Assembly (NCBI RefSeq): GCF_000002075.1
Contig: NW_004797591.1
Span: 526,392 to 590,391, forward strand
Reading direction: 5' to 3'
Length of the DNA: 64,000 nt
DNA from: Aplysia californica
Lineage: Eukaryota
A program made the position numbers and the translations under genes. Position 1 is the stretch's first letter. The number at the start of each line of letters is the position of its first letter. Below the pieces are notes generated by a model that searched no databases, was not told the origin of the DNA, and worked only from the letters and a program-made list of their open reading frames with translations. Shown here in pieces: positions 26,151 through 39,040 of this stretch.

Positions 26151-27328
26151 TTTTCCTAAGTATATTTAGGTGTGCCCAACCTTGCTTATTGCACTGACAC
26201 ATGCTGGGTCGTTTTGTTGAGGGGGGGGGGGTTATGGGTTGTTTTCGTTTTTGTTTTATAAGTAACAGTTTTTACACGTCCATCGACACAATTTAGATCA
26301 GAACATGCTGTGCCAGAGGCAAGACCATAGACGAATAGACGAAATAACCTACCAACACCGAGGGGGTCGGCAGATACATGTAATTGGACACAACCGTAGT
26401 TCGCTGTCCCTCCAAACTTGGGGGGTGGGGGTGTACAACTGCCCTTTTAACCAGGTGCTACTAACACACTAGATCCGAGAACGAAGGACATAGCCTCTTC
26501 AGCGTACTTGGTATCATATCTTCTGTTTCCCTCTCTTTCAACTAGACAGACGGTCTGATCCGTCAAACAGAAATTAATGTCTAAAAAGATCCAGAACCTC
26601 ACAGGTGAGGTTTACATTGAAAATGACTCACGTATTGTAAGACGTTCAAAATAAGCAAAAAAAAAACAACAAATAATAATCAAGAACCCGCTCTCCACAC
26701 CCTCCGGCAAATAAGAATTTAACAACTGACCATCTGGGTCGGGAACACACCCATCTACATCTGAAGCCCCCCGTGAGCTAGTCGTAAAGAGATAGGTCAA
26801 GCAAAACTAAAGCGTGACGCGTCTACCTGTCTCCAGTCCGCGGACGGTGCCGTGCCTCGGTGTTTATTTTCCTGTGGCCAGTAGGGAATGTTTAGCCAAG
26901 TGTAGAAGGCCGTTTGGAACGAATTAAGTGCGGATGCCCCACCCGTTGCGATTGTTGATGAGTGCTTTCGCTTATCTTCTTTTTTTTCTACTGGCTCTAT
27001 CATCCTTTAAAGACGTCTTTGTTGCTCTACCTGATTCTCCATGCCCTTTCCGCAACTTCTTTTCTTTTTGTTGGTATTTCTAAGTCCATTCCATCTTTGC
27101 CCACATCTAGGTTTTTGATCCACAGTGCTTCCTTGTACTGGTCTTTTTTTATTGTAGATTTTGTACACCCCCNNNNNNNNNNNNNNNNNNNNNNNNNNNN
27201 NNNNNNNNNNNNNNNNNNNNNNNNNNNNNNNNNNNNNNNNNNNNNNNNNNNNNNNNNNNNNNNNNNNNNNNNNNNNNNNNNNNNNNNNNNNNNNNNNNNN
27301 NNNNNNNNNNNNNNNNCACAGCATGAAA

Positions 27329-27465
27329 GTGCCAACCCGGGCTGAGAGAGATACATCCCAGCAGAATGACCCTGATACTCGATAGAAATGTCTTCCCCAC
27401 TCTGCAATCGAACTCGAGTCTCCTACGTGCGACATCAAAGTGCCTAACCGCTACACCACATTCGA
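27329..27465 (-). mobile_element. tRNA-headed SINE family C, 5' part
   Basis: Minus strand TGGTGTAGCGGTTAGGCAC...GAGTTCGATT...GTATCTCTCTCAGCCCGGGTTGGC. Confidence 0.7.
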
Positions 27466-27906
27466 TCGCAGATCCCATGGACAGTGAAAAATACTACATT
27501 TTCTCCACTTTTGTCAGTATGACTGTTCTAACCTGCAACCCTGAAGCGAAGCATGACTTGTTACACATTAAATAAGCAGGCTAAAAAAAGGTCTACTGCT
27601 GGATAGACACCATACTGTTTGTCAATGTATCTAGGCGCATGCGCAGACTCTTTTTGCTCCGAAACACATACTTTCAAGCCAGGACCGCCTGGGGTATCAC
27701 CCAGACCACAAGAGTGTCAAGAGTGCCTGGTCGTCGGAAAGCCTGATATCCATTGTTTGGCAACCTCTCGGAGGTGAGGGTAAAAGTGAAGGATATTTTA
27801 TCGTTTTGTAAAATGAGACTACGGCAAACAAATCTCTTGTCTTCCCAAAGTAGCAGCCTATGCAGTGACAATTTTTTAATTAAAAAACAAATGGTATGAT
27901 TGTCAG

Positions 27907-28091
27907 ATTTAGACTTGATAATACATGTAGTATTACGGCACTTACAATACAAACAGGTCACATAAATGCCGAAGATTCGAGGTGTTATTAAAAAGTAACA
28001 TTCGAAGAACAGAAAGGGGAGAGATAATGACAATGGATCTTAGACAGGAAGGGAGGAGCAAAATACACCAGAGAGCCCGCCAACCATCCAC
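27907..28091 (-). mobile_element. Short retroposon family B
   Basis: ttacggcacttacaatac...ggtcacataaatgccgaagattcgaggtgtta...cccgccaaccatccac; TSD ttgtcag at 27900-27906 and 28092-28098. Confidence 0.8.
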
Positions 28092-29576
28092 TTGTCAGGA
28101 CTGGCACAAAATAGGAACAACACTATATAATGCCGAATTACAGTTTGAATGGGATGGACACCCCTCGTTGAGTTAGATACTAGGCTGTCTTAGAACTTTA
28201 AAAAAAAGTCTATTTAAAATACCAAGTAAAAACAGTCCGAAGGGGCCCAGGCGAGAATAATGGTTATCACGTGACCAGTGGTAGCCACTTAACTAGTGCT
28301 CCGACCAAGCATGGGTGGGTAAGAGCGGTCCGTGGGTGGGTAAGAGCGGTCTGTGGGTGGCTGATGTTCCCTCCCGCACAGCATCTGCTTAGGTTACTAG
28401 TGAAACATGTCAAGTACACTCTCCATCTTCTGGTTTTGACGGAGGGCCGCGCTGATTGGAAGCGACACCTGATGACTTAGCACGTGCAGGCAGAGTAGGC
28501 AGTAGGTCTCGTAGTAATAGGGTGTGGAAGCCAGCAGGATACAAGTAACTGGACAAAAACTCGCGCTTACGAACTCCCCCCCCCCTCCCATTCCAAATAC
28601 ANNNNNNNNNNNNNNNNNNNNNNNNNNNNNNNNNNNNNNNNNNNNNNNNNNNNNNNNNNNNNNNNNNNNNNNNNNNNNNNNNNNNNNNNNNNNNNNNNNN
28701 NNNNNNNNNNNNNNNNNNNNNNNNNNNNNNNNNNNNNNNNNNNNNNNNNNNNNNNNNNNNNNNNNNNNNNNNNNNNNNNNNNNNNNNNNNNNNNNNNNNN
28801 NNNNNNNNNNNNNNNNNNNNNNNNNNNNNNNNNNNNNNNNNNNNNNNNNNNACACGAATAATGCCAATTTCTGGGTATATTTCTCATCCATGGCATGCGC
28901 ATATTTTTTTAAAAAACAGCTTGATTCTGAGAAAAGTGAAATGGCTCAGTTTGATTTGGTATAAATTTGGCATGCCAATACATTTACTTGGCATGCCAAT
29001 ATTTGGCATTTATCCCTTATCCCTCACCCCCCCCCCTCCCCCTTTTTCCGTGCCCGTTCCGCTCTCCTTTCTTTCGATACGTTCAAACCTCAAAATGTCT
29101 CACTGAAAGCGTATAAAGGGAGTGTCAAGAATCGTCATCTGCTTGTTTTTGCACAAGATTGTGTTTCGGTCGCCGTTTTCGTTGTTGCTGCAACGGTTGA
29201 GGCTGTTAATATGATTGTTAATTCCGCAGCTGTCAGTTGGGTTTGTTTTTCGTTTTTCTTTTTGTTTCTGTTTGTTGTTTTGTTTGGGGTTGGGTTTTGT
29301 TTTTTGTGTTGGTTTTTTTGTGGGGGGTTTTTTTGGGGGGGGTGTCATTTGTTTGCCTTTTTTAAACGTGGCGGAGTGTGGGGTCTACTTTCTAGATGAG
29401 AAAGGATGTGAACTTTGAGATGGTCCTCCGCGGATTTAAAAAGCCAAGAAGAGGATAACAGGTTAATCAAGGAGCACATGGTGTAACTATCCTATACTCT
29501 TTACCTGACGAACAGTACATATTATAATTGCTCGACACAGCCACCCAAACGGCCCAATCTAAGTCAAACACGGTCT

Positions 29577-30125
29577 GGGGGGCTCTCGTGGTCTAGAGAT
29601 AGGTACGGTGTTCGCCTCTCATGCAATACGTCCCGGGCTCGAAACCTGACAGCGACGGAAAATTTCCGTCTCTGAAAAAAAAACTTCTTTCACCTTCTCT
29701 GCTCTCTCTAATCATGTTCTATCGTCTCCTTTCGTCTCCACTTTCTGCCCCCCCCCCCTTCTTTGGCCCCTCATCTGGGTTCCTGGTTATTTCTGTTGCC
29801 TTTCTACTGCTGTTACTAGGCTCCTTCTTACTGCCATGCTGTCTTTCAGCCACACCCCTGATCTTAGGGTAGGTAAGATGTAACGCAAACATCTAGCGTT
29901 CTCGGATAAGGGTGTAAAAATATCGAAGGTCCCGTGTGCAAATGGCGCACACTAAAGATCCCTTGGTGTTCCTAAGATCGACAAGAGTGGGCTTCGGCCG
30001 CTAGCCGGGCACAATTCAAAAATCAATTCCTACCAAACTGAAAATGCTTAATGTGACCTGCGCGCTCATTTGACCTTCGGTAGTTGCGAGCATCGTAAAA
30101 CACTTACCCCAAATTTAAAATAAAA
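29577..30125 (+). mobile_element. SINE family A, older diverged full-length copy
   Basis: GGCTCTCGTGGTCTAGAG head, GAAGGTCCCGTGTGCAAATGGCGCACACTAAAGATCCC core, GCGCTCATTTGACCTT...GTTGCGAGCATCGTAAAACACTTAC tail. Confidence 0.85.
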
Positions 30126-32373
30126 CCCACGATCTTCGTTTAAGCTTGTATTGTTTTGAGATTCCTACGGAGCTTTAGAAAGGCAACGATTTGGGTTTTC
30201 TCGGGGTACCTTTCTGTAGAAGCACTTTTCAAAGCCACTTATACGTAGTAAAATGATGCTAAAACCAAACACAAAAATTCACACACAAAAAAGGTGGAAT
30301 ATCGAAAAAAAGGAGCAGCGAGGTACAACCAGGAGTAGGCCATAAAACAATTTCATCGTTCTCGGTGAACGAAACGTCACCAGTAAATCCCGCCCCTCGT
30401 CAACTCTGTTATCACCATGTGTGACGGGAAGCGCCAAGATATCATCGAGGCGCCATTTTCTCCGGACGAAATTGCAGCGTTTGGGAGCTTTGGGGGCGCG
30501 ATTTCATTAGTGCATAAGTCAAAACACGGTGCTTAACCCCGTGACTTTTGTTACCTCCATACATTGTCAAGAGAAAAACGCGCAGCAGAACTTGAGTAAG
30601 GGGGTGGGGTGCTAATGCACAACACACTGTTTTATAGATGGTTTACGATGGGCTGAGAGAGATAGAGGACAGAGGGGGGGGGGGGGTGAAAGAGAGAGAA
30701 TGAGTTAGAGAAAGAGAGATGGGAGAGGGAGGGGAGTAGAGGGAGGGGGAGGGAGGGGAGGGGGGAGAGAGACAGGACTTACGCGAAGATTTAAACTTCA
30801 GCTAAATCCAATCTGCAATCATCTCTTCAAGTTTTCACTTCTCTGCATATTTCATGAGCTATAAGAAAGAACTTAAACGCTGAAAATGCAATAGCTTATG
30901 TCACTCTGCACAACGACAGGCCAAACAAGAAGGCTATACATGTATTTATTAGATTTCTCAGGCGGATTTCTGAGAAAAAAGAAAAAAATCATATTCACGC
31001 ATTACCGGTCCTTGTCATTTTGTGCTCAGATCAATTAAGATAAACAGACAGAACCAACGGAGGGGAAGATAGAGATGAAGGATTTAAAACTCTCTGGCAC
31101 ACATTGTGAAAGCACGACGTGCGTGTACCTCACCGGTATTCAAACAGCTGAGTATGGTATTAGAGGTTTAGCGTCTGTTAGTATCTGTCCTGTTGTTGTT
31201 GTGGTATTACGCTCTCTAAGCTTTTAAATACTTTCACATAATATGCCTATCCATCGAAAAAGAGGGTGGGGCAAGAATGGGGTTTTCTAAGATTTGCGCT
31301 ACAAAAGCTTATCTCTGAGGTTAAATAATATTTAGCCAAGAAGAGCATAAAAGATGCAGAGATGCACTGAAACGAAAGCAGCGCGCGGTAAACCTACAAT
31401 AAAACAAAGAGTCTCGACCGCTGCACAATAAACCGCTGCTCGACTATCAAGTACGAAAGACCCGAGACAGAAAAGTACTCCGAGCTGTGTGTATGGAAAA
31501 CTCATCAAGGGAAACGAGATAGGCCCTCTCGTCCGTGCCAGTCTGGTGGGTAAAGCCATCCACTCGACGAGCTGCGAGGATCAAGCTCTTTTCAAAATAC
31601 TCATAAAACATATAGCGCGTCTGTTTGTGGTATCACTTCTAGTCCAATCATCTGGGCGAGAAAATAAGAACTTTTGCGGACTAAAAGTCTCGGCTCTTGT
31701 GTTTAGTGCATGACGTGTACACAGGGGAGCTTATTTATGAGCTTGGGTATTTGGGACGGTGGGAAAAAGATAGGAAAAAACGAATAAGAAAACTCAATGG
31801 GAACCAAAATTATATTATTTAAAAAATATTGTCCAAAACATAAAAAGCAACAACCAAAGAATCGAAAACGCCTTCAAGAGAGGTATGCAAGAGAATGGTA
31901 CATCGCAAAACGTTTTTCTAACGTACGTGTCATTTTATAAAACAATAAGAGTAACCAATTCATGGTAATTCACTGGTCCCAAGAATTCAAAATTCTGACT
32001 AGGACCCATTTGCAGAGAGAGGGAAGCATGCGGACATATCTGCATTATGCTTTTAACAACATCACTGAGTTTCCTTCAGAAAGTGTTGATATTTCAAACG
32101 ACTTGCCATAGCTCGGATTCCTTCTTCAAAGTCACCATGAATAATGTGGCGCCTAAAGAACTCAGCACCTGTACAAAACTAAGTGTTGTTCTGCCTGACG
32201 ATGAGACGAAATCGGAAAAGGCAAGAGCGTTTAGCCGGCTGAGTTGGTGTGATAAAGGACACATTCCGCAAAGAGTAACACAGAGAAAAAAATAGGGGAT
32301 AAAGCTAACATCGGAGTCACGAAAAAATACACACCCGCGAACATTTTTTTTTTTTTTTTTTTGGGGGGGGGTA

Positions 32374-32622
32374 GTGTTTTACGGCTCTCGCAACTGCGTA
32401 AGGTCATATAAGCGCGCGGGACTCATGAAACATTTTCAGTTGGTAGGAAATTTTGAATTTAGCCCGGGCGGCTGCCGAATCCTACTCTTATCGATTTTGG
32501 ACCACCAAGGGATCTTTAACGTGCGCAACTTGCACACGGAACCTCCGAGAATTTTCACCCTTGTCCGAGATATCAAGGTGTAGATTTTTCCTTCCATAAG
32601 ATCAGGGATGTGGCTGAAAGAC
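32374..32622 (-). mobile_element. SINE family A, 3' half
   Basis: Close match to 4488-4735 (core plus tail), 120 nt downstream of the DGKE exon donor at 32743. Confidence 0.85.
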
Positions 32623-32742
32623 ATATGTATGCACGCACGCATAACAGATCTCTACCTAATATCGAAAGACACTTGAACTTGAATGTCAAAAATCCATTAG
32701 AGTAGCTATCAATGTCTCTTTTTTTTTCAACGAACTTCTTAC

Positions 32743-32814
32743 CTTGAGTTTCTTTTCCAAGTGCTTACACTCTCTCTCCAACACGTCCTTGGTCCCATAG
32801 GTGAAATAACAAAA
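32743..32814 (-). CDS. DGKE: DGKE exon, accessory domain
   Basis: 72 nt, phase 0/0, FCYFTYGTKDVLERECKHLEKKLK; ttttttcgttacag| and |gtaag. Not in the ORF track. Confidence 0.93.
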
Positions 32815-33886
32815 CTGTAACGAAAAAAACAAAACATTACATTAATTTTTTTTTTAATCAAACAGATCGTACTGGTAACATGTTTGGGTCAAGAATTAGT
32901 AAGGAAAAAAATAACATCTCAAGCGGACGAGTTTGTAACTCGATAAGCCACAAAGGGGAAGTAAATGATGCAGGCACCGAACCCAAAAAGTAGTTGTTTT
33001 TTTAAACTTTCTTTTTTTTCTTTACTGGGGTGGTGGTGGGGATGGTCGTTTGTTTCTGTTTTGTACTTCTTGTTTTTCTTTCGTGGTTGGGGGTGGGGGG
33101 GGGTGCATGGGCCTAGTCAGTATATAATTTATTTTTCTTCGTCTAATCAGGAGTTGATGTTATTGTTTTCGTTTTCTTTGTTTGGTTATTTGCTTGGTTT
33201 TAGAGGGGGGGGGCGTTAAATTTTTTTGCAACAGAAGCCAATTTACACTATGCAGCGGAGTTAAGTCGTGCAAAGAACAGTCACACTCATGTTCGTCCAG
33301 CTGAACACAGTTGTTCGCCAAACAGGCCACACATAACTCAACAAGATCTACCCTAGGCTAGGATCTACCCAAAGACGACGGAGGAAAAGAAGGCACTCAC
33401 AATTTACAATCATTATCCACATAATAAATAGTGACAGCTTTGTTGGAGGGATGGTGGCTAAGTTATTTGCGTTGAAAATCGATACATAGCTCTAGGCCTC
33501 GGCGACGTTTATCGGATACAAAGATACTAACGGTTACCAAAAGGCTTAATTCTGCCTTAGCTATCGTTGAGAGCATCTCCCTCCTAAATCCGACTCGTTC
33601 GCGAGAAATAAACCCTGCTCATCCTCCAATTATACCGTAAACACTGACACTAGCGGTAGTTTCGTATTAATAAAGCCGTACCTTTTGACTGGCGACTTAC
33701 CAGGAAACTTGACACGAGAAAAAAGTATTTAATACTCAAATCTTATCACACGAGCGTCCAAGAAGGATACGATTACATGCAGATGAGAGTTCACGCCCTG
33801 GGATTTAACACTAAGAGGAAAAGAGAGGTCACAAAGTGTCAGGTTCAGTCCCAAAGGTCAATGTTTGAGAAACCTTTTGTTATTCT

Positions 33887-33921
<35 letters not shown>

Positions 33922-34557
33922 ATTCGTTATGATTAATTCCATGGCGTCCATTTTTCCTAACCCTTTTAAAGTATAATTGTTCGGAACAATTCTGTCTCTG
34001 AAAGCCGCTACGACAACTCGGGTAACGTTGAAAATCGTAAACTGGCCAAACCAAAGCATTAAAAAAACACGCGAAAGCGGAAGGGGGGGAGGTTAATTTA
34101 TTGTTGAGATCATGCTGGGGTCTCTCCTTTTTCCCATTTCGTTTGTTGTTATTCTTTTACGGTTCGTTTGTTTCTGTTGTCTTTTTTACTTTTTTTATTT
34201 GGTTTGTTTTTATACTTCCGGGTATTTCTTTCTTTTCAGTCACAGTCACTTTGTTTTCTTTCAACCAGGAACCTTGCAATAACACTGGCTCACCATAATG
34301 AGGGTAATATGGTCGGACATCGTTCGTCGTGCAGTGTACCAACGAAGATTTGTTCATGACCCATTCAAAAAAAGAAAAAAAAGCAATTGCTCAAAATCGA
34401 CTTTGAGAAAAGCAAATGCGCCTTCACTGTAAGAATTTTTGTCGTAAGTCCTGGCCGGCATGCGCGGTATGAGCCCAGGGCATGGGCATGGGATGGGGTA
34501 TTCATGTACCTCCAGCAAGACGAGAAATCAAAATGGCGTTGATGGAATATTTAACTA

Positions 34558-35357
34558 CAACCAAACCTGTGTAAGACGCCACCCATTGTCAATGAGAAAA
34601 GTGGCTGTATAAGACAGGTGTCCGTCTTAGGCAGGACTGATCAAGATGAAGAAAACAAACCCCATTCCCAATCGAAAGTAGCCGCATTATTGTTATTGTT
34701 GTTGTTGTTGGTGGTGGTGGTTTGTATTTTGTTTGTTAATTTTATTTTGTTGCTGATTTTGTGCAAGGGTGACAATAAAACGAAATGTGTCAGACAAGGA
34801 GGGCCGAGTGCTATGGTAAAACAAACATATGGGTCGCCACCACTCGAAGAACGAGCGACGCTTCTGTCACAAGTCCATGTTGACGTCCATTGTTACTTTG
34901 TTACAGTTACAGACTGGGTAAACAGTGACCACTCATCTCACTTACAATTTGTGTATGAGTTATGGGCGGGGCTTATGGGTTATGAGGGATCACACGCTTA
35001 CCTCACCAGCAGCTGGAAATTGGTAGCTATTGGTAAACAGTGGGAGAGGCCTACGCAACATGATCGGTTGGAGGGACTACTAACAACAACGACAGGTGAT
35101 TAAATTATGACGGGTCGCCCACCACGCCAGGGGTCAAAGCACAATTTCTGACAAAACGTAATGGAGTCACTAAGGTGGTGTTAATACTCAATGTGAAAGG
35201 GGTTGCGTGTTAAAATAATGGTGGCCGCGGCCGCGTTGGACAGGTGCCCGTTTTACATAGTTAAATTATATAGAAAAAACGCAAGGAGGGGAATGGAAAG
35301 TGTCCGTTTGTACAGGTGGGCGTCTTATAGAGGTGGCCGTCAGGGCAGGTTCGACTG
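34558..35357. mobile_element. Degenerate Tc1/mariner/pogo-type MITE ends
   Basis: Right end GGTGGCCGTCAGGGCAGGTTCGACTG-TA and left end TA-CAACCAAACCTGTGTAAGACGCCACC, with internal ACAGGTG repeats; the interior may be unrelated sequence. Confidence 0.5.
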
Positions 35358-35400
35358 TAATTTACAAAATACGTAAACATATACGCGCGCGCGAGCACGT

Positions 35401-35402
<2 letters not shown>

Positions 35403-35480
<78 letters not shown>
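35403..35480. repeat. (AC)n microsatellite
   Basis: About 39 units. Confidence 0.97.
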
Positions 35481-35482
<2 letters not shown>

Positions 35483-35793
35483 TTATGGCTTATATTGTTG
35501 GTGCCAAAGCTCAGTTCCCTAAGCCTGATTCCCGTACAACCCCCCCCCCCCTGCCCTCACCCCTTCTCCACTTTTTTCCTTTGCACAAAGACATCCAGTG
35601 GGTCGACGATTTATAAGAAAAGACCCATCGCACACCAGGAGACTCTCAACCTCTCTAATGACAGAATAAAACAAAACAATATCTTTGCTCAGAAGCACAA
35701 GGGTGAGGTTCACTTTTCTTATCGTCTGTGAATTCTTCCTTCTTAAATCTTTTTTACTCTTAACTCTAAATCAAGTGTCCTTTTTTAAATGTA

Positions 35794-35988
35794 GGACACA
35801 ATTTAATCATCTGGGAGGCGGGCTTCAACCCTGCCTGTCAGGACCAACACGGGGTGAGAGGTGCAAAACCTCCCGGCAGAATAACCGAAGTACTCAAAAC
35901 CAAAAAAAATCTCCCCAAGTCGGAATCAAACTCAGGTCTGCTGCGTGCGGCGGTGACGCGCCTAACCGCTACACCATAGACGCCGGCC
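35794..35988 (-). mobile_element. tRNA-headed SINE family C
   Basis: Minus strand A box TGGTGTAGCGG, B box GAGTTTGATTCC; body ...GGCAGGGTTGAAGCCCGCCTCCCAGATGATTAAATTGTGTC shared with other copies. Confidence 0.75.
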
Positions 35989-36802
35989 CAAGTGCTCTCG
36001 CTTCGAAAATTCTTCTTCGCCAGGATGCTTAACTCGTTTATCTCACGTAACAAAAAACACCCCACTAAACACATCATGTGTTGTTTTGAAAGCCAAGAAC
36101 TTAACCCCCGCTGGGACTCCAGGTTGGGAGGAAGCGTTATTATACAAACACATGTATATATTATTATAGGCGTATAATCCGGGACAGCAGACCTTTGACC
36201 TTATCTTCCATTGTGCTCGCAACGCCTAATCTAAACGCTCCTATTACCGCTTCCATGTCGCCAGGTATCAACAGTCTCCGAACTAGACTTCGCGAAAACA
36301 GACGAAAGCAAGCGTTGAGCAAACAAGAGAAGAAAGCTCGCAACGTGTGATCCCACCAAAATACGAACAATGAACATGCCACTTGAAAGTTCTTAGTTCT
36401 ATCAACAGACTGCTGTGGAAGTGGGGAAGCAAAATAGAGTGAGCAATTTGAGTGAATTTTCTACAAACAGATTTGACGTAAATAAAGCCCACGATTTTAG
36501 AGCACCCGTGTCATTTATACCCTGCAGAGGTGTGAGGCTTTATTAAAAACGTATTTACAGCTCTGTATCCCCTCCGGTGAAAAGCCAACACGATTTTAAA
36601 AAGACCTTGTTAGAGAGCCGGTCCATTCTAATTTTATTGTCTTAGTTCCCATGAGAATGGGGCAGGGGTTGGGGGATGGAATATATCATTCACACATATT
36701 TGACATCGAACCCATTCGAACTGGTGAGAATTGGGGAAAACAGGTGGACGCAATTGCAATTTTCCTTATGCATCGTCCTTCCTGCCCAAACCAGACATCT
36801 AA

Positions 36803-37203
36803 TACCCAGTGCACACTGCCGATCTGATTCATTTGACTGAATCGGGGCCATGAAGGAATATCGGGCTGGCCCTGCCACATCACCATCCAGTGTCAGATCT
36901 GCGACAGACATCGGAGATCATGGTTCTCCATTCATTCCTTTGCTCGGATGGTCTCAAAAAAGCTACAAAAAAGCTACGTTTCCCTGATTTTTTCCTGTAA
37001 CCCATTTGGTTAGGATCCCTAATTAGATTGTTCTTGGTCTACCTCTGTCTCGTTTGCCTTCAATTTTGCCAGTGAGAGCTAGATGTTCAAGACCCTTACG
37101 TCTATTCAGGTGTCCCAAAAACGGCATTTGTCGTTTCCTGATAGTTTTTAACATTGAGCCCTGACTGGATCGACTGAATCCGATTGGCGGTGTGCACTGG
37201 GTA
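36803..37203. mobile_element. PIF/Harbinger-type MITE
   Basis: TIRs TACCCAGTGCACACYGCCRATCKGATTCA with TAA at 36800-36802 and 37204-37206; a solo right end of the same family lies at about 19664-19710. Confidence 0.75.
36875..37157 (-). mobile_element. RTE-clade LINE 3' fragment nested in a MITE
   Basis: IRKRQMPFLGHLNRRKGLEHLALTGKIEGKRDRGRPR is the typical RTE ORF C-terminus; 6-bp direct repeat gccctg at 36869-36874 and 37158-37163. Confidence 0.75.
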
Positions 37204-38997
37204 TAATCCACAACAATTCGATCGCAAGTTGAGCGGCGTGCTGAAAAGAGTTTGCAGTTTTAAAACACTACCAGGAGTTGTCACCTCATGCTAGTGAAGC
37301 TCTCGTGGGATGTTCGGTTCGGCCCTTTCTTCCGTTACTCGACCTCTCGCAACCCACAGATTAAAGGCTCCCACTGCCTTTTGAATGTAGTTAGATATCA
37401 AAAGCTTCCGGTCTAGACTTTGCAGGGACAGAAGAAAACATGACAAAAATGAGAAGAAGGCTCATAACATGTGATCGTGAGTACATGAACCTGCCTCCGG
37501 CTGTTCTTAGTTCTTACCATGTCCGCAGACGTAAGGAACCCCGGACAGAGGGAGCAAAGGCAGCAAACGGGCTGCATTTTTTAAAAATTGCTATTGAAGA
37601 AAACTGTCGCTCGCAATCGTCGGCATTTGGAGTCCAAATATTTGACACCCTTTCTGAGATGCATAAGCAGAGAAGAGAAACATTCATGATCTTCTCACAG
37701 AACTTCACAATTTCTGTAGAATAAATGTAAGTAAAGTTCGCGGCACAACGTTTACCATGGTTGTTAANNNNNNNNNNNNNNNNNNNNNNNNNNNNNNNNN
37801 NNNNNNNNNNNNNNNNNNNNNNNNNNNNNNNNNNNNNNNNNNNNNNNNNNNNNNNNNNNNNNNNNNNNNNNNNNNNNNNNNNNNNNNNNNNNNNNNNNNN
37901 NGTCATTTATACTCCNNNNNNNNNNNNNNNNNNNNNNNNNNNNNNNNNNNNNNNNNNNNNNNNNNNNNNNNNNNNNNNNNNNNNNNNNNNNNNNNNNNNN
38001 NNNNNNNNNNNNNNNNNNNNNNNNNNNNNNNNNNNNNNNNNNNNNNNCAACAGAATTGTCAAGATCCAAGCACTGTCCACTCTCGAGGACAAGGCGTGCC
38101 TGTGATATCACTTGCGTTCATATTCATCTCACCAAACAACTGAAGCAACCACGAAGACAAATCGAACCCTGTCTATTCCCCTAACCTGCGGTATGAACCT
38201 GCCTCTGGGTTTTTATTGTTCTTACTACATTAGCAATTTACGAAAAGACTGCCACCTTTCTCTTCAGTTTTCTTTTTACGAGATCAATGCGCAGACGAAG
38301 AAATGGCGCCTACCCATAGCAGACGCGACGACTTCCCCACAAAGCCGCCAAGGCTCCATGCGATCCAGAAATGAAAACAATACACCTTCCGGGAGTAAAC
38401 AGAAAAGCAGTATGCCGTCGCGTTGCTCACCAGAGAAAACAATCACGCGGGCTGACGGTGCCTTTGCCCTGCCGGCGTCCCAAAGACCAAAACCTTTTAC
38501 TCTCTCGGGCCTGCCATCGTTTTGATAAAGCGCAAAAGATTGAATTTATTTCCTGAGCGGTAACGAATAATGACCAACAGCGTACTACTCTATATCCCTT
38601 TACTTAATCTTCAACAGATGGCAATGGGCTTTCAAATGAAAGACAGTTACACCGTGACGAGAGAGTTCAGAAACATCTGGCGCAAGACAATACTGACTAA
38701 ATGTTTAATTTTCCACAAAAGAGGATTGTACGTCAGTTTCGCACCCGGCAGATGACAGGTTAAAATTCCAGGTTTAAGAAAAGACAAAGCATGCGAACCC
38801 ACCCACCCTCCCTTTAACAAGTGAGTATTAAGTTGTCAAAATTGGGGCTTAAGAGTGGGCTTTATTTGGGTTTTGGGTTTTGTTTGTTGTTGGTGTTTCG
38901 TATTGTACGTCTATTTTTGTTATTTATCTATTGCTGTGTCTTTGTTTGGGAAGCTGTTTTGTCTGTTGGGTGGGGGGGGGAGGGTTAGAATTTGTAA

Positions 38998-39040
38998 ATG
39001 TTTTACGCGCTCGCAACTGCATAAGGTCATATGAGCGTGC
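38998..39040 (-). mobile_element. SINE family A 3' tail fragment
   Basis: ttttacgcgctcgcaactgcataaggtcatatgagcg matches the family A tail. Confidence 0.7.

Noticed and set aside
28312-28358. Two tandem 21-bp units (tgggtgggtaagagcggtcyg)
   Set aside because: Simple tandem duplication with no spacers; not CRISPR-like.
38112-38525. 137-aa plus-strand ORF
   Set aside because: Non-ATG start, no recognisable homology, length within chance expectation.
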